Of a stretch of DNA of 64,000 nucleotides, positions 11,264 through 23,300 are shown piece after piece; the stretch's first letter is position 1; the number at the start of each line of letters is the position of its first letter. Under the pieces are notes generated by a model. That model saw nothing but the letters and a program-made list of their open reading frames with translations. It did no database searches and had not been told where the DNA came from. The position numbers and the translations under genes are program-made. The DNA comes from Klebsormidium nitens (lineage: Eukaryota > Plantae > Klebsormidiophyceae). The stretch lies in NCBI GenBank assembly GCA_000708835.1, contig DF237105.1, forward strand, positions 99,546 to 163,545, given 5' to 3'.

Positions 11264-11418
11264 ACTCTTCTTGCCAGAAGCGTTAACAGTGATTTCAATT
11301 CTATTGTCTACTTCAGTCCGTCAAAGCTGAGTATCTTCACTTAGTCGACTCTTCTTGCCGAAGCCTTTCACAGTGCATCCGTTCAAGGTCAGTCCGTCAA
11401 AGCCGAGTCTCTTCAGTT
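11264..11418 (+). repeat. Tandem duplication, 84-bp period
   Basis: actcttcttgcc..aagc..acagtg..cagtccgtcaaagc.gagt.tcttca at 11264 and 11348. Confidence 0.8.
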
Positions 11419-11774
11419 GCCCATCAGAGGCCGGCAAGGGAAAGTCAGGCTTTGACGGGTAACTCCCCTGCTGTCACTGCCGTTGAGACGTATAGGCAGG
11501 ATCGGACGAGCTGCTGCCGTGTTGAAAACGAGAGGCTCATCAGATTGGAGTGTGATGAAATAATTGCTGAGCTAGAAGGAGACCGCAATGGAACTGACTT
11601 GGCTGGGGCACACACGGAGTATCGCTCTTTCGGTAAAAACAAGCCGCTTGGTTTTCGCAGGAGGGCGACTACAAGCTGTGGATCTCCTGCGCTGATTACG
11701 TTCCCCCCTGGACTCCACCAGAGCTTCCAACCTCGGCCATATTCACCCCGTGGTTCCATCATCAAACTCTCCCC

Positions 11775-14682
11775 ATGCTACCAACCGTGCTGACCATTCT
11801 CCCCAACTCAAAGGTCGAACCAAGGGGCTGCCAACCTTGCCAAGGCCCTGATATCGGTACTTTCTCAGGGCAATGGGTTAACGCCACGGATCTTCAGGCA
11901 TACTGCGGGGAACATGTGCTTGGGGCGGTCCACGAATGGTTCGAAGACGACTTCGTCTGGGCTGCCCGCCAGTGCACCTATCCGTTTCGGTCCCGGGCCG
12001 AGTTTCTGGAGCGGTTCGATGGGGCCAGCATCCTTTTTGCTGGGGACTCCACGGTGAGCACTTGATGGCCAGCTTGATATCCGATTGTTACTTCTATTCA
12101 TAGCGAGTGCACCGAATTTACTGGGATGTCATCGATCTTCATGACGAGCCAGCTTCTTGGATTCTGTAGGCCTGCCACATGTTATTCGAGTTCTCCCGAA
12201 GATGCAGACTGATGAGGAGCACACGCTCTGATGCTTAAAGCTTGAGTGCATTTGTCAGCTCCCACTTCGGATTGCATTGAGATGTTTTGAGATGCTCATG
12301 TGAGCTGTTCCAAATCAAAAGCCTCCATTTCTTGGGCAAGTCGTGCAGATGAGGGGCCAATTCATCGATATGCAGAATTGGCTTTGGTATGGCATCGGCC
12401 CGGAGACTTTGCAGGCGCCTTTCGTCTACTTCAATGAAACCAGCTTCCACAGCTCTTGGGATGAGCGTGTCTCTGGTTTCAACACCGAGAACGACATGCG
12501 GGCCGTTACACCAAATCCGTTTGAGGTGAGCGTGCGTTCTCGTTCTGAACGATATAATGCCAGCAAAAGTTTCCTCCGTCTCGCAAAACCGGCTGCCGCT
12601 TTGACAACCACGATGACCACTCTCAGCAGCTTCGTCATAACCGGGTGCCCAATGATGTCAGAATCTCTTCAGCATCTGACTTACAAGTGCTGCTATCTTT
12701 TCAATCTCTGGTTTGGACTCGTGGAAACAACACTCTCCTGATTTGACTACCAAGCAACTCTGCAAGCAACGCAACTGAATTGTTCGTATAATCTTTGTCC
12801 GTTGAAGCCACATTTGGTTCTGGGTCATGACGGCTAATCATTGTCCCTGTTTGCCTGCATACGGTGTCATTTGAGTGGCAGCAGTCAGAAAAGGTTTTGC
12901 CACAAACTCCTGACTTTCGCATGTTAAACTTGATTCGTATTCGGATCTCAAGATTCTCCTACCTGCAGGTGGGCCGGTTTCGAGCAGAGTATATCGAGGT
13001 AACGAATCCCGTCACAAGGTTTGAAGACGTCGTGCTGCGCACAGCATGGAGAAACAAGGTAAGTAGCCGGAGCCCTTTTGAGACGCGCGTGCCTTTTTGT
13101 GAGCTCTTTCTGATGAGTCTAGCAAAGCTTACCGTGAAATTCCCGACTCAGGACCAACGTCTCAAAAGCCCGGTCCCCTACGTTTGCGGTTGGCCACATT
13201 ATCTGGACTATCATCTCGCAAGTGACCGCGCCTGGATTCGATCATCGGATGAAACGGCACCAGAACGTTGACTTCATTTTGTATTCAAAGCTGGCCCGTC
13301 CTTTCCGACCTGTGTAAGTACAAGTCTCTGGACGGGGATGCGTCCGAACTTGGTCACGTGATGGGTCATAAAAATTGTAGCATGAGATTGTACGCTTTGA
13401 AGACTCTATGCACGTGATACCTAAGGCTGTCATGCTTCTCTACAGGTTGAGCTTGCCAAGTACCACTATCACGCAACAGTGATAAACTACGGCTTGTGGG
13501 GGATGACCTCTGCATACCAGTTTTCATGCCAATTACCCGCATACTTGAAGAATCTATTCGAACGGTTCATATGCCGTCCCGTGGACCTTCACAGATTTCC
13601 TATAGATTACTACAATGACACACTCCCTTCTTTGCCAGACAGCAATATTGGTTACGAAGCTTGCTCATGGAGGGACTATGATCAATCCCAGCAGCATGCT
13701 GGTAGACTTGGCAGCTTCTCGAAGTCGAAATGCCTCGAAAAATTTCCTGGGAGACTTGTGTACCGATCAACCGGGGCAAAGCATTCATGGGACCATGCTT
13801 GTGTTGAGGACTGGCCATATCCACGGGGCATGGTAAGCGTTTTCGAGCCTTGGCGCGCAAGCGACACACTTCGATTACGAAAAAAGAACGACAATCTGTT
13901 GGCTACCAATTGGTTTTAGCATCCTACTTCTGATGCCAAAAGGACTTCCTAGATGATTCGGTCATCACTCGTGAAACGTCTAGGGCAAATCTGTTGGTTC
14001 CTGATGCATCTTGGGTCAGTCAAAGGCAGCATCAAAAAGCTGTTGGCTTTGGGTCAGATTTTGGTTGGGTCAGACTCGTATGATGTCCCATGTGCCAGCG
14101 GTATCGAAGCAATGTTTTGTAGCAACATATGTCTGAGGTGGTCGTGAGGGATGAGAACGTTAACGTGGGCAGGAATCTCTGACGTGTCGAGATCTTGTGG
14201 CATACTCAAAACTCACTCGGATGCATTTCGCTTGGGGTGCCACACCAAACATGCACACTTGAGGCTTGATTACAAATTGGTTGTTTCTTCTTCCCCTTTT
14301 CAGTGTCAGCTGGATCGAGGAATTACACAAATGATAGAAGATGTCTATGATAATTCGTGGGATGGCGACCTCGTAAGGCTGGTGAGTGCGCGATTTCGAC
14401 GTTATTATCAGATGAAGACGACTCAACAATAGCCTGAACAACAAGTATGCGTCCAAAGCGGACTGTCCGCTTCCCGTCCGCTAGTTTATACACGAGTCAG
14501 CTGGATTTGACCATGTGATTGCATGCACACTCGCACGTGGTTCAAGTCGCCTCTTATCATTGTGGTACAAGTTTACACTCTGACATGTTGCTTACCTACA
14601 GGACATGTACAATCTGACGCATATGCGGCCCGATCGAGCATTGGATGGCTATCATTTTTTCCCTAGGCCATGCTTTCACCAC
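11775..14682 (+). CDS. TBL / PC-esterase (SGNH-fold O-acetyltransferase or esterase) family protein, spliced; 5' and 3' ends uncertain
   Basis: Exons ..12053 (GQWVN..FVWAARQCTY..ILFAGDST|), 12349-12525, 12969-13058, 13446-13832 (INYGLW), 14310-14381, 14602-14682 (DMYNLTHMRPDRALDGYH). All listed junctions are phase-0 GT-AG. GDS and DxxH catalytic motifs present. Confidence 0.8.
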
Positions 14683-15912
14683 GTGAGTTCTCATGCCTTC
14701 ATTCAACGTATCACGCTTCTACATCCCGTCTATGTGATTCGCACTCTGCTTGACCGCTCATGATCCTTGTTCGTTTCGAAGTCACAACGTTGCTTATTTC
14801 TATGGCAGGACTCGATCCTTGCAAAAGATCTTTAGAGAGCAATCTGTCCTGTGCCTTTTCACCGATTCGTCATCTTTGTTGCTGCAGCATAACAAAACGG
14901 TATGCAGTTGGAGGCCGGAGATCCCAAAATGTTGCTTCGCTCCTGATTTTCCTCAAGTCGGTTCGCTGACGTTAACGAATATAATGATTAACCTCCTGTG
15001 GCACGATCCACGGTTATTGAAACATTAGGAACAGATGGCAACGCAAGTGCTAAACAAGTGAATTCGTGTCAAAGTTGTTTGAAGATCGGAGTTCGCATCG
15101 GTTTAGGTTGTAGTACTGAATGAGTGAATGACCAGGTCAGTGAGCCTCGGAGTCGTTGGTTAACTTGAAAGCTCGCCATTCAGATGTTGGTGGTCAGTCG
15201 ATCAATAAGATCAAGGGAAGGAGCTCCGTCCTTACAGCAGAGCCGGCCGAACAGAACCTAGAGTGCATGCTAGCCACTAGCTGTACTGCACAAGTGCCGC
15301 TGTTCTACAGCCAACATGAAGTCGGACGCATCGTGAGTCCTTGAGTCACTGTGCCACACCTGCCATTCCGGAGTGATCTGATCGTGACTACCTAGCAGTC
15401 AAGTTTTTTGAATACATATATGCTTCGGCATTTGATTGGACACGTTCTCCAATTCATTACTTTGGCATAATCAACAGCTTGTTATTTACAGAGCTAGTCT
15501 TCAAATGGCCGACCATCTTCGGCTTCAATGGCCGGGCGTATTCCATGCTGCTTCAAATTATATCTAAGAGGTGCGCTCATATAGAAAACCGTGGCTCGTA
15601 ACTGCGCAGCGAGCAAAAACTGCAAAACAGCGCGGCGCCCCCGCTGCGCCATGTATACAGATTCTGCTTTATTCAAACAAACTTGGACTCATATTTATTA
15701 TACTCATATATACTCATATTATTATTAAGTTCATGCAAGAATCACGTGTTTTTCAATCGTCCATGCACTGCATTTCAATTACGCGCTATCATTTGAAATA
15801 GTTGGCGCTCCACGCAAGACCGGCCCGACGCGACAGAGGTCACTGAGTCACCACAAATCTACCTAGACAGTATGGTATTATTACCGTTGGATACTAATAT
15901 ATGTCAATCTAT

Positions 15913-17456
15913 CTACTTCGAGGTGAAGACCACCTTTTCTCCATTCCCATTTACATTCATAATGCCTGCCTCGTCCCTGTGCAAAAACAGCGGGCTACTG
16001 CTACGTACCCTGCCAATGTTCTCCTGGACTTGCTCAATGATAAGCCCCCCGAGTACGTCGGACAGCGGACTCTTATAATGCTTCAAGATGGCTGTCGAAG
16101 TTACCAGGTCCAAAGCCAGAGATAGGAGGGACAGTACAAGAGGGAGCAATATCAGGGCAGTCACCCGCAGCTGACTCACTGTCTCCTCGTAGATGACTAC
16201 GTCACCACCGTAGGCCAAAGAGTAGAAAGTCCCATTGATGATATCGAGGATGTCTTGGATTTCATTGGCTGATCTTACTTGCCTAGACGTCTTGTCGGGA
16301 TTCCGTTCATATGTGTACGAAACTCCGCTCGTGACGATTGGTTCGTCACCACATACATCCAAATCCGGACTCTTGTAAGAGGCTCCTTCCGCCTTGATGC
16401 ACACCTTGCCACTTTGATCAACCGACGCGCACATGATCATACCAGAAACTTCATCACGAGAGTAGTCAAACAACTCAGCCGTCACTTCAGAGTTGGTTAT
16501 GGCGCTCAACACTTGATCAAGCTGGCTTGAGTTGAAGATCCTATTCCCGTCTCGATCAATCAACCTAGTGTCGCTGCTTGCAACAAACACCCCCTTGACA
16601 CCACAAGCATACGAAACTGCAAGGTTTGCCCCTACATAATCGCCGGAAAGCCCCACGAGAATCAGGGGCAAATCACTTCCCTCAATGAAGAAGCTAAAGT
16701 AGTTGTTGAATGCATAGCTCAGAGGCACTCCTCTCGGTTTTTTGAATGTGAAGCTCACGCCTGTGTCCTTCACAACAAGCCCGTCCAGGTGCCGAAGCTC
16801 ATACTTGTTGAAGATTCTTTTCCTGGCTCCATCTCTCTCAGTGGTGTTCAGCCGAGCATTGGTCAGCCGCCCCTCTTTGCTGATCACCATTTTGAACACT
16901 TGTTGAACTAAGGAGGAAATGTTTTCGCCCTTGGGGTAGCCACTCGACTCTTGCAATGAGTAGAGTGAAGACGATATGTACTTCCCCCCCTCCTCCGCAT
17001 CCTGCAAGTTTGTGGTGCGGGTAACGGTGTTGCTCTCGGTGGAAACCGCAAGCCACAGCAGTGGGTTAATGGAGCTGACAGCTTGAAGGAGCACAATGGA
17101 CATTACAGCACACAGATTTGCAAGGCTGCCTGACTTCCCATTCCGAGGCCCCCAATGTAGCCTCTGCTGCTTGTCGCCCCTAACTGCTTCCAAGTCTTTT
17201 CAACCCAAGAGTCATTTGATTCCCTAAGCTCCACCAGGCCACTCTTTCTCGGCGAATCCCGCCCTGCCCACCCAGAAACCAGGGCCATGAAAGCCCCTTC
17301 CTTCACTTTGTTCAACACGGCCAGGTCTCCAAACCGCGCGAGCAGGCTTACAATGAACCTGCTCAGGCTCCACGTCAGCACCACCACTTGCAGCGTGATG
17401 ACAGCTGACACAGCGGGCGCATACACTGAATCCACAACTACGCTCAGTGCGTCCAT
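15913..17456 (-). pseudogene. Intronless ~513-aa membrane protein of unknown family, interrupted by a 2-nt frameshift near 17110
   Basis: ORFs 17103..17456 and 15913..17193 overlap. Removing one GT from atcTGTGTGctgtaatg gives QICAVMSIVLL and a single 1542-nt frame. Two N-terminal hydrophobic helices, a large region with NxS/T sites, and a C-terminal TM helix. Confidence 0.6.
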
Positions 17457-20331
17457 CCTCAGTGGCGCAATTGCTCAGAGCTGCCCGGGAGATATTGTCA
17501 CGGCCGCTCAGTGGCTGTCACCGAGTCGAGGGTGGAATGGCCCGGGCCTATGTTTCACTTGCAGCTTTGGTTGTGCCCCGCTCCCTAAGCAAACACGGCC
17601 ACCTGAAGACAGAGAAAGGAAGAAGCATGCCAGCATACCAATGGGGGGTATCTTTATGATGCATGTTACGGTATTACATTCTGACATTACTACCAAACTG
17701 TTTTCTAAGATTTGAAATCTGTAACCCAATGCTATTGCAGGCCGCCGCGGCCTACCGGCCGCGGTATACTAAGCTAACTTTGACTGGACTCGTGGAGCAG
17801 GGACGATTGTTTTCAGCAACGGGATCCCTAGGCTTGGCCCGGGATTTCAGGATAATGGGATCCAGGGATTGCCCAAACCACTGAGCATCATGCTCGTATG
17901 CCACCTGGCGCTTCGAGGCAAGCTGATCTGGTTACGGTACGGAGCCCGACTAGGTACCGGTACGGCGGTAGTTTCTTGGGTAGTACCTATACTACCGTAC
18001 CTGGCTACCTAGTCCTCGGCCGGCCGGGCGCCGCCGACGTCATGGTACGTACGCGAAGCGACGTACCGGGTGACGATCATCGGATCGGGTCACGGGTGGC
18101 GCGCGACAGGCGCGAGTGCCGCCGCCGCGCCGGCGAGGCTGCTGGGGGGGCCGGGCCCGGCCCCAGGCTGGCAGGCGCCAGGCTCGGCTCGGCGCCCACC
18201 GGCGTCCGGGCAGCCGGGCCTTATGGGGGCAACCATATTAACACATGTCAGGCTGTCAGCCATGTAATAATAAATGATGGCATGCCTGAGGTGACCAGGT
18301 AAGTTGAGGTCTAGAGGTCGCGCGGTAGTCGCGTCAAAAGGTGTTCAAAAGTTCGCATGGAAAAGTGAACGAATGACCGGGAAGAGGCGCACGCATGGTG
18401 CACGTATGCCGGCATTGGCTCAGTGGTTGGGCATGTTGGCCCGTGGGCGGCAGCAAAAGAGACATCATCAGGAGGTAGTAGCCGCCACCAAGAAGGGTTC
18501 AAAACATTCGACATAAGTTGCAGACGGGCTGCAGACGGCCCCTGAGGCCTAGGGGAGTGGCATCGTTGGACTCCCCCACGACTCCCCGCGTTGACTAGCT
18601 AGACTTCGATCGTGTATGTGCACTTCGGCTGAACTGAATATGTATTGATCTACCTTTCGGCTCCGTGCATCCGTGGGCTACTGGGCGGCTCAGAGACACG
18701 GCTGAGAATGTGCAGGTTCGATCCAAAGTACGGTAAGAATGGACGTCGGATTGCAGATAGACAGAGCCCCGAAATTGAGGCAAACTTGAAAGTGAACTCG
18801 CTAAATTTTAGACGGATCATCAGTGATCATCGAAGAAGATTCTGAATATGGATCAGTGTTGCCCTAAGAATGGAGACAGGCAGCCGGCCAATGTATGCCA
18901 GGAAAGGCTGTCGAAGGAAACAAATCAGATGAAAAGAATGCGAGATTTCGTGAATCACTCTCCGGATCAGTAGCGCTGAAAATCAATTAAAAGAAAGACG
19001 CTTGTTCAAGGGGTTTCAAAAGCTCTGGCCCTAAGTATTTTTAGCACATGGGATTCGTGCATTGGTAATATATGTAGATCTTGTCGGAACTCAAAATGCA
19101 GGCCAGACGTGAGCCGCGTACGGTACGCCGCTTAGCTAGTAACTTAATTTGCATGACGGGATTTGCATGTTAATGATCATGCACATGCTGACTACAATAT
19201 TCTTTGTATACATCGATGTATGCGTGTGACATGTCAATGGCTGTATATTTGTGTTGCCAATACGCCCACGTGGAGGCAACCGCCGCCAACACTGATCGCT
19301 GGGCGACGGAACAAATGATGCATCTGATTGCCACAAGTAACTTTACAACACCTGGACCGGACCCTGTTACAGGGCAGGCTGTGCTTCCGACTTTGCGGCG
19401 GGCGGCTGTGCACGATATGTTTGGATGCTGGTAATGCCATGTGCATTATAGCATGGACTTGAATTCGTAGCGTCACCATCCAAATCCAAGATGCGCCTTG
19501 CCTGCATGTTAGATTCCCTCGACCCGGCTTGGAAGGGGTCAAGCTGCCAGACTACTTGATGACATTTGCAAACTCACGGTTCAATACTGATTTCTGTATG
19601 CCTGTTCCTAACCGCTCCATCTAGCATCTGCACCTACTGAAACAGTGCGAGTCCGATTGGTCCCCCTTGGCTTTCGGGCTCTTGCGCTAGCTGTCGAGCG
19701 TTACTACGTTCCTGCATCAGGTTTCCCCGGTCTGCACGAATGCGACAGCAATGCATCAATGAGGTTTCGCAATTGCAATTCAAAAAACGAGCACGTCAGA
19801 GCAATCCATACCAAGATAGTCTGAAGATTGATTAAGCAGGCGCTTTCACTGCTTCTGGATACGGAAGTAGACGACAATATTTCTCAAAGTCACGCCTGTA
19901 CATCATTGTACATCAGGCAACAGCTCGTCGGAAGCTCACACGTATTTCGCTCGTTTCTAAAGCCATACGCAGAAAGATACTTGAGGAGATGCTAACCGCT
20001 CAGAGGGTGAGCAATCGGCCGGTACGATATAAAGGGCTACTGGATTTTGCGGACTTCGGTTGCTTAATAGGCACTTCTTCTCAGGCTGGATCAGCAAAGA
20101 ACGCGTCTGAAAAACACTTCTCCTGCCGGCTAATTTGGACAGAAGTAATAGGTATTCGGAGGCAACAAGGAACAGAAGATCAAGGAAAGGCGTTCTTGAA
20201 TGTTGTGAAGTGGGTGACATGAGAACAACCGAGAGAAACAGGACCTTAACGAGAAAAAGGACAAGTGTCGGATAAACGATTGGTTTGAGAGAAGGAGCAA
20301 CGAGAAAACATCACAGAGCAACATCCCCGAC

Positions 20332-23300
20332 CTGTGAGATTTGTGATGACGTTTCCCGCTTTCTGTGGGGTCAGCGCGCGCAGCTGCCCCCCCGCGCCGC
20401 CCTGTAACAGAGTCCGCACCGCAACCCGCTGCTCTTTGACACTGCTCGTGGCACCGACAGCCGCCTCGAACTCGGCCAGCGCTGCTGACGTCATGTTCGG
20501 AAGCGAGGATAACACCTGCAATACATGAAACATGTTTCTTTTCCTGCGCCGTCAAGTTTCGGCTAAGTTGGAATCCAGGACTGTGTGCTGCAATTGTGGC
20601 AGCTCCTATTGAACAGTCTCTTCATCGAGAAGACTGCGTCGAGCTTCAATTCAAAGCGTCTTCTGCGTCTTCACTCTTGCTCTGTGAGAAACAGAGGCCC
20701 TCCAGCAGAAAACCGACGAGGCTAAGTTAAAAACGTCCAAGCTTCGAATTCTTTTACAGCAGTGATGCAATCACCAACGAAGCAGTAAAAGAAGGGAAAC
20801 TGAGGCTTTGAAAGCTTCGTAGACGTATGTCTAACAAGGGATATAGAGAAGCCGGAAAGTCTAATTTGGCCTTGCACGTGGTTTTGATGACAAGACGTGC
20901 CCTTTATTTGGTTGTGGAAAAGGGCCGACTTATTCACCCAGCAACTCAACTTGACGTGAGATTGACAGACAGTTAGCAGCTGGCTAATCCTCACCTCACC
21001 ATCACGGTTGACCTATGAACAAAGTGTCAAACAACCGCACCCGCCAAGACTACCCAATGACACTGACTGCTCTCACAATACTACAAGGCAGTACCTGTCT
21101 GACGGCTGGTGTCACCGGCGCAAGGCGGAGGTAGATGTCGAGAACGAGCGCCAGAAGGTCCGCCTGAATCTGGGCGTTGCTTTCGAGCGCGAGCGCGCGT
21201 ACGGCGGTGGCGAGAAGCGTGCGCCCGACGAGTTCGTGCAAACGGGGGTCTGCTGGGGCGACCTGCGAAGAGATGGGGTGATTCAGACGGTCGCCCAAAA
21301 GGGGTGGGATAAAAAAGTAGTCCTTTGAGCGCGCGTACGGCGGTGGCGAGAAGCGTGCGCCCGACGAGTTCGTGCAAACGAGGGTCTGCTGGGGCGACCT
21401 GGAGATGAAGCAACAAGTCAGATGGTCGCCCGCATACGTATGGGGCCAAGAAATAAAAGGGTTGCTTTGAAGCGCAAGCGTCTGCAGAACGGTGGCGAGT
21501 AGTATGCGTCCAAAAAGATCGTGCAGGCGGGGGTCTGCTTGGGGCGACCTGCGAAGCGGATGAAGCGGTTCAAACGGTCGCCGAAAAGCGGGTAGAGTCA
21601 AGGAAAGTGGTGCTTTCAGCGCGAGCGCTCGTACCGCGGCGGCAAGAAGCGTCCCGCCCTACGAGTTTGTGCAGGCGGAGGTCCGCTGGGGCGACATGGG
21701 CAAGAAGGAATAAGTCAAACGGTCGCCCGGATCCGTAAGGGGTCAAAAAATAGAACGGTTGCTTTCGAGCGCGAAGGGTAGTATGGCCGTAACGAGAAGA
21801 GTGCGCCCCAGGAGAAGGCCCAGGCGGGGGCTTGCGGGGGCGACCTGCGAAGGGACGAGAAGCATGGTTGCCTAAATCTCGTTCGGGGGTTTCAGACCAA
21901 GGACGGAGTTGCTTTCCAGAGCGAGCGTGCACACTGCCGTGGCGAGGAGCGTGCACCCCACGAGGTCGTGCAGGCGGGAATCTGCTGGGGCGACCTGCGA
22001 AGGGACGGGAAATTTTTCAACGGTCGTCTAGTTTTCGCATGGGAGTTGATCCGATGAGGGAGTTGCTTTTGAGCGCGAGTGGTCGCGACGAGGTGTCGAG
22101 AGGGCGCCCTAAAACCTTAGAATCCCAAAACACCCTACGAATCCTGCAGGCGGGGGTCTACAAGGGCGACGTGCCAGAAACGTTCAATGTTGAGACAGTA
22201 GACCTTTTCTAGTATGGAGATGTGACGGCACGTCAAACCACTATCGCGAGCGGTTCGGATTGGAACATCGATTCAAAAGGTGACGGGGAGACGAGATTCT
22301 GCGAAAGCTCTGCAAGTGCTATCGCAGTGGATACAAGTGCTATCGTGAGACCACAGCCACCGAAAGATGTTTCACTACCCCCCCGATCGAAAGAACCCTA
22401 AACTAGAGCCAGCTGTATACTGCTTACTGAATACTGAATGCTGATTGCTGAATGCTGAATGCTAAATACTGACTACTGAGTTCTGAATACTGAATACTGA
22501 CTATTAAATACCGCGCCCGACGCCAATGCACATAAGGACGAACTAGCACGACACAAGGGCGACACGGCCGACAGAACGAGTCGTCAAAAAGAGAGCCCAC
22601 CTGCGCAGCTCCGCTGGCCAGGATAAGCGCTTTTTGGGCGGCCTCCGTGTCCGGCCACGTGAGTGCCTGGGTCGCCAGTTCGAGCCCGGCCGCCGCGGCC
22701 GGGGGGTGCTGGAGCAACCAGCCCAACAAACCGGGGTCTACTTGGTTGCGGATTTGTTGGGAGGGTTCTGGCTTGGTGGGGGGAAAACTGGAGGGGGCGA
22801 ATAGAGCCAGCAGCGAGCAGACGTCCCTGTGAGGAGCATTTTGTGTGAACGGTTTGTCGGTTTGTTTCCCACTTCTTAGCCTGCTTCTGAAATCACAGCG
22901 TGACAGGTTTCAGAAGGGTAGGCAGTCCATACGGACTACTTGGGAGGTCACTTCGCTGGCTGCGCTGAAACCGCTGATTGGCTTAAAAGGAAAAAGGGCC
23001 GACCAAGACGATACATCGGCCTTTGAAGAGAAGTTTCTGAAGTGCTTTCAAGTTATCCTGGACTAGATGCCGGTCATGCGAAGAAGCCTGAATCAAAGTG
23101 CCATTTGCTTGAACAAGCATTATGCAGTATGATTACCGTCATCGGGATGTAAGCCAAATCAGGACAACCCTCAGGGGCCTGCAAAAACCTGTCTGTGAGA
23201 TGCAATTGGCATCCCAGTCCCATGTCGACTTACAAGTGTCTCAACTTGTGCAGACTCGACAGGTTATGGAACGCGATCCTACCTGCTCAAATCTCGAACC

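Noticed and set aside
17745-17770. Hairpin followed by CTAA as a Helitron 3' end
   Set aside because: Spacing and terminal motif do not fit hairpin-CTRR-T well, and no 5' TC end or Rep/helicase was found.
21263-22172. Regularly spaced repeats resembling a CRISPR array
   Set aside because: The units are long (~70-80 nt), degenerate and derived from the adjacent exon, the spacers are themselves related, there are no cas genes, and the context is eukaryotic.
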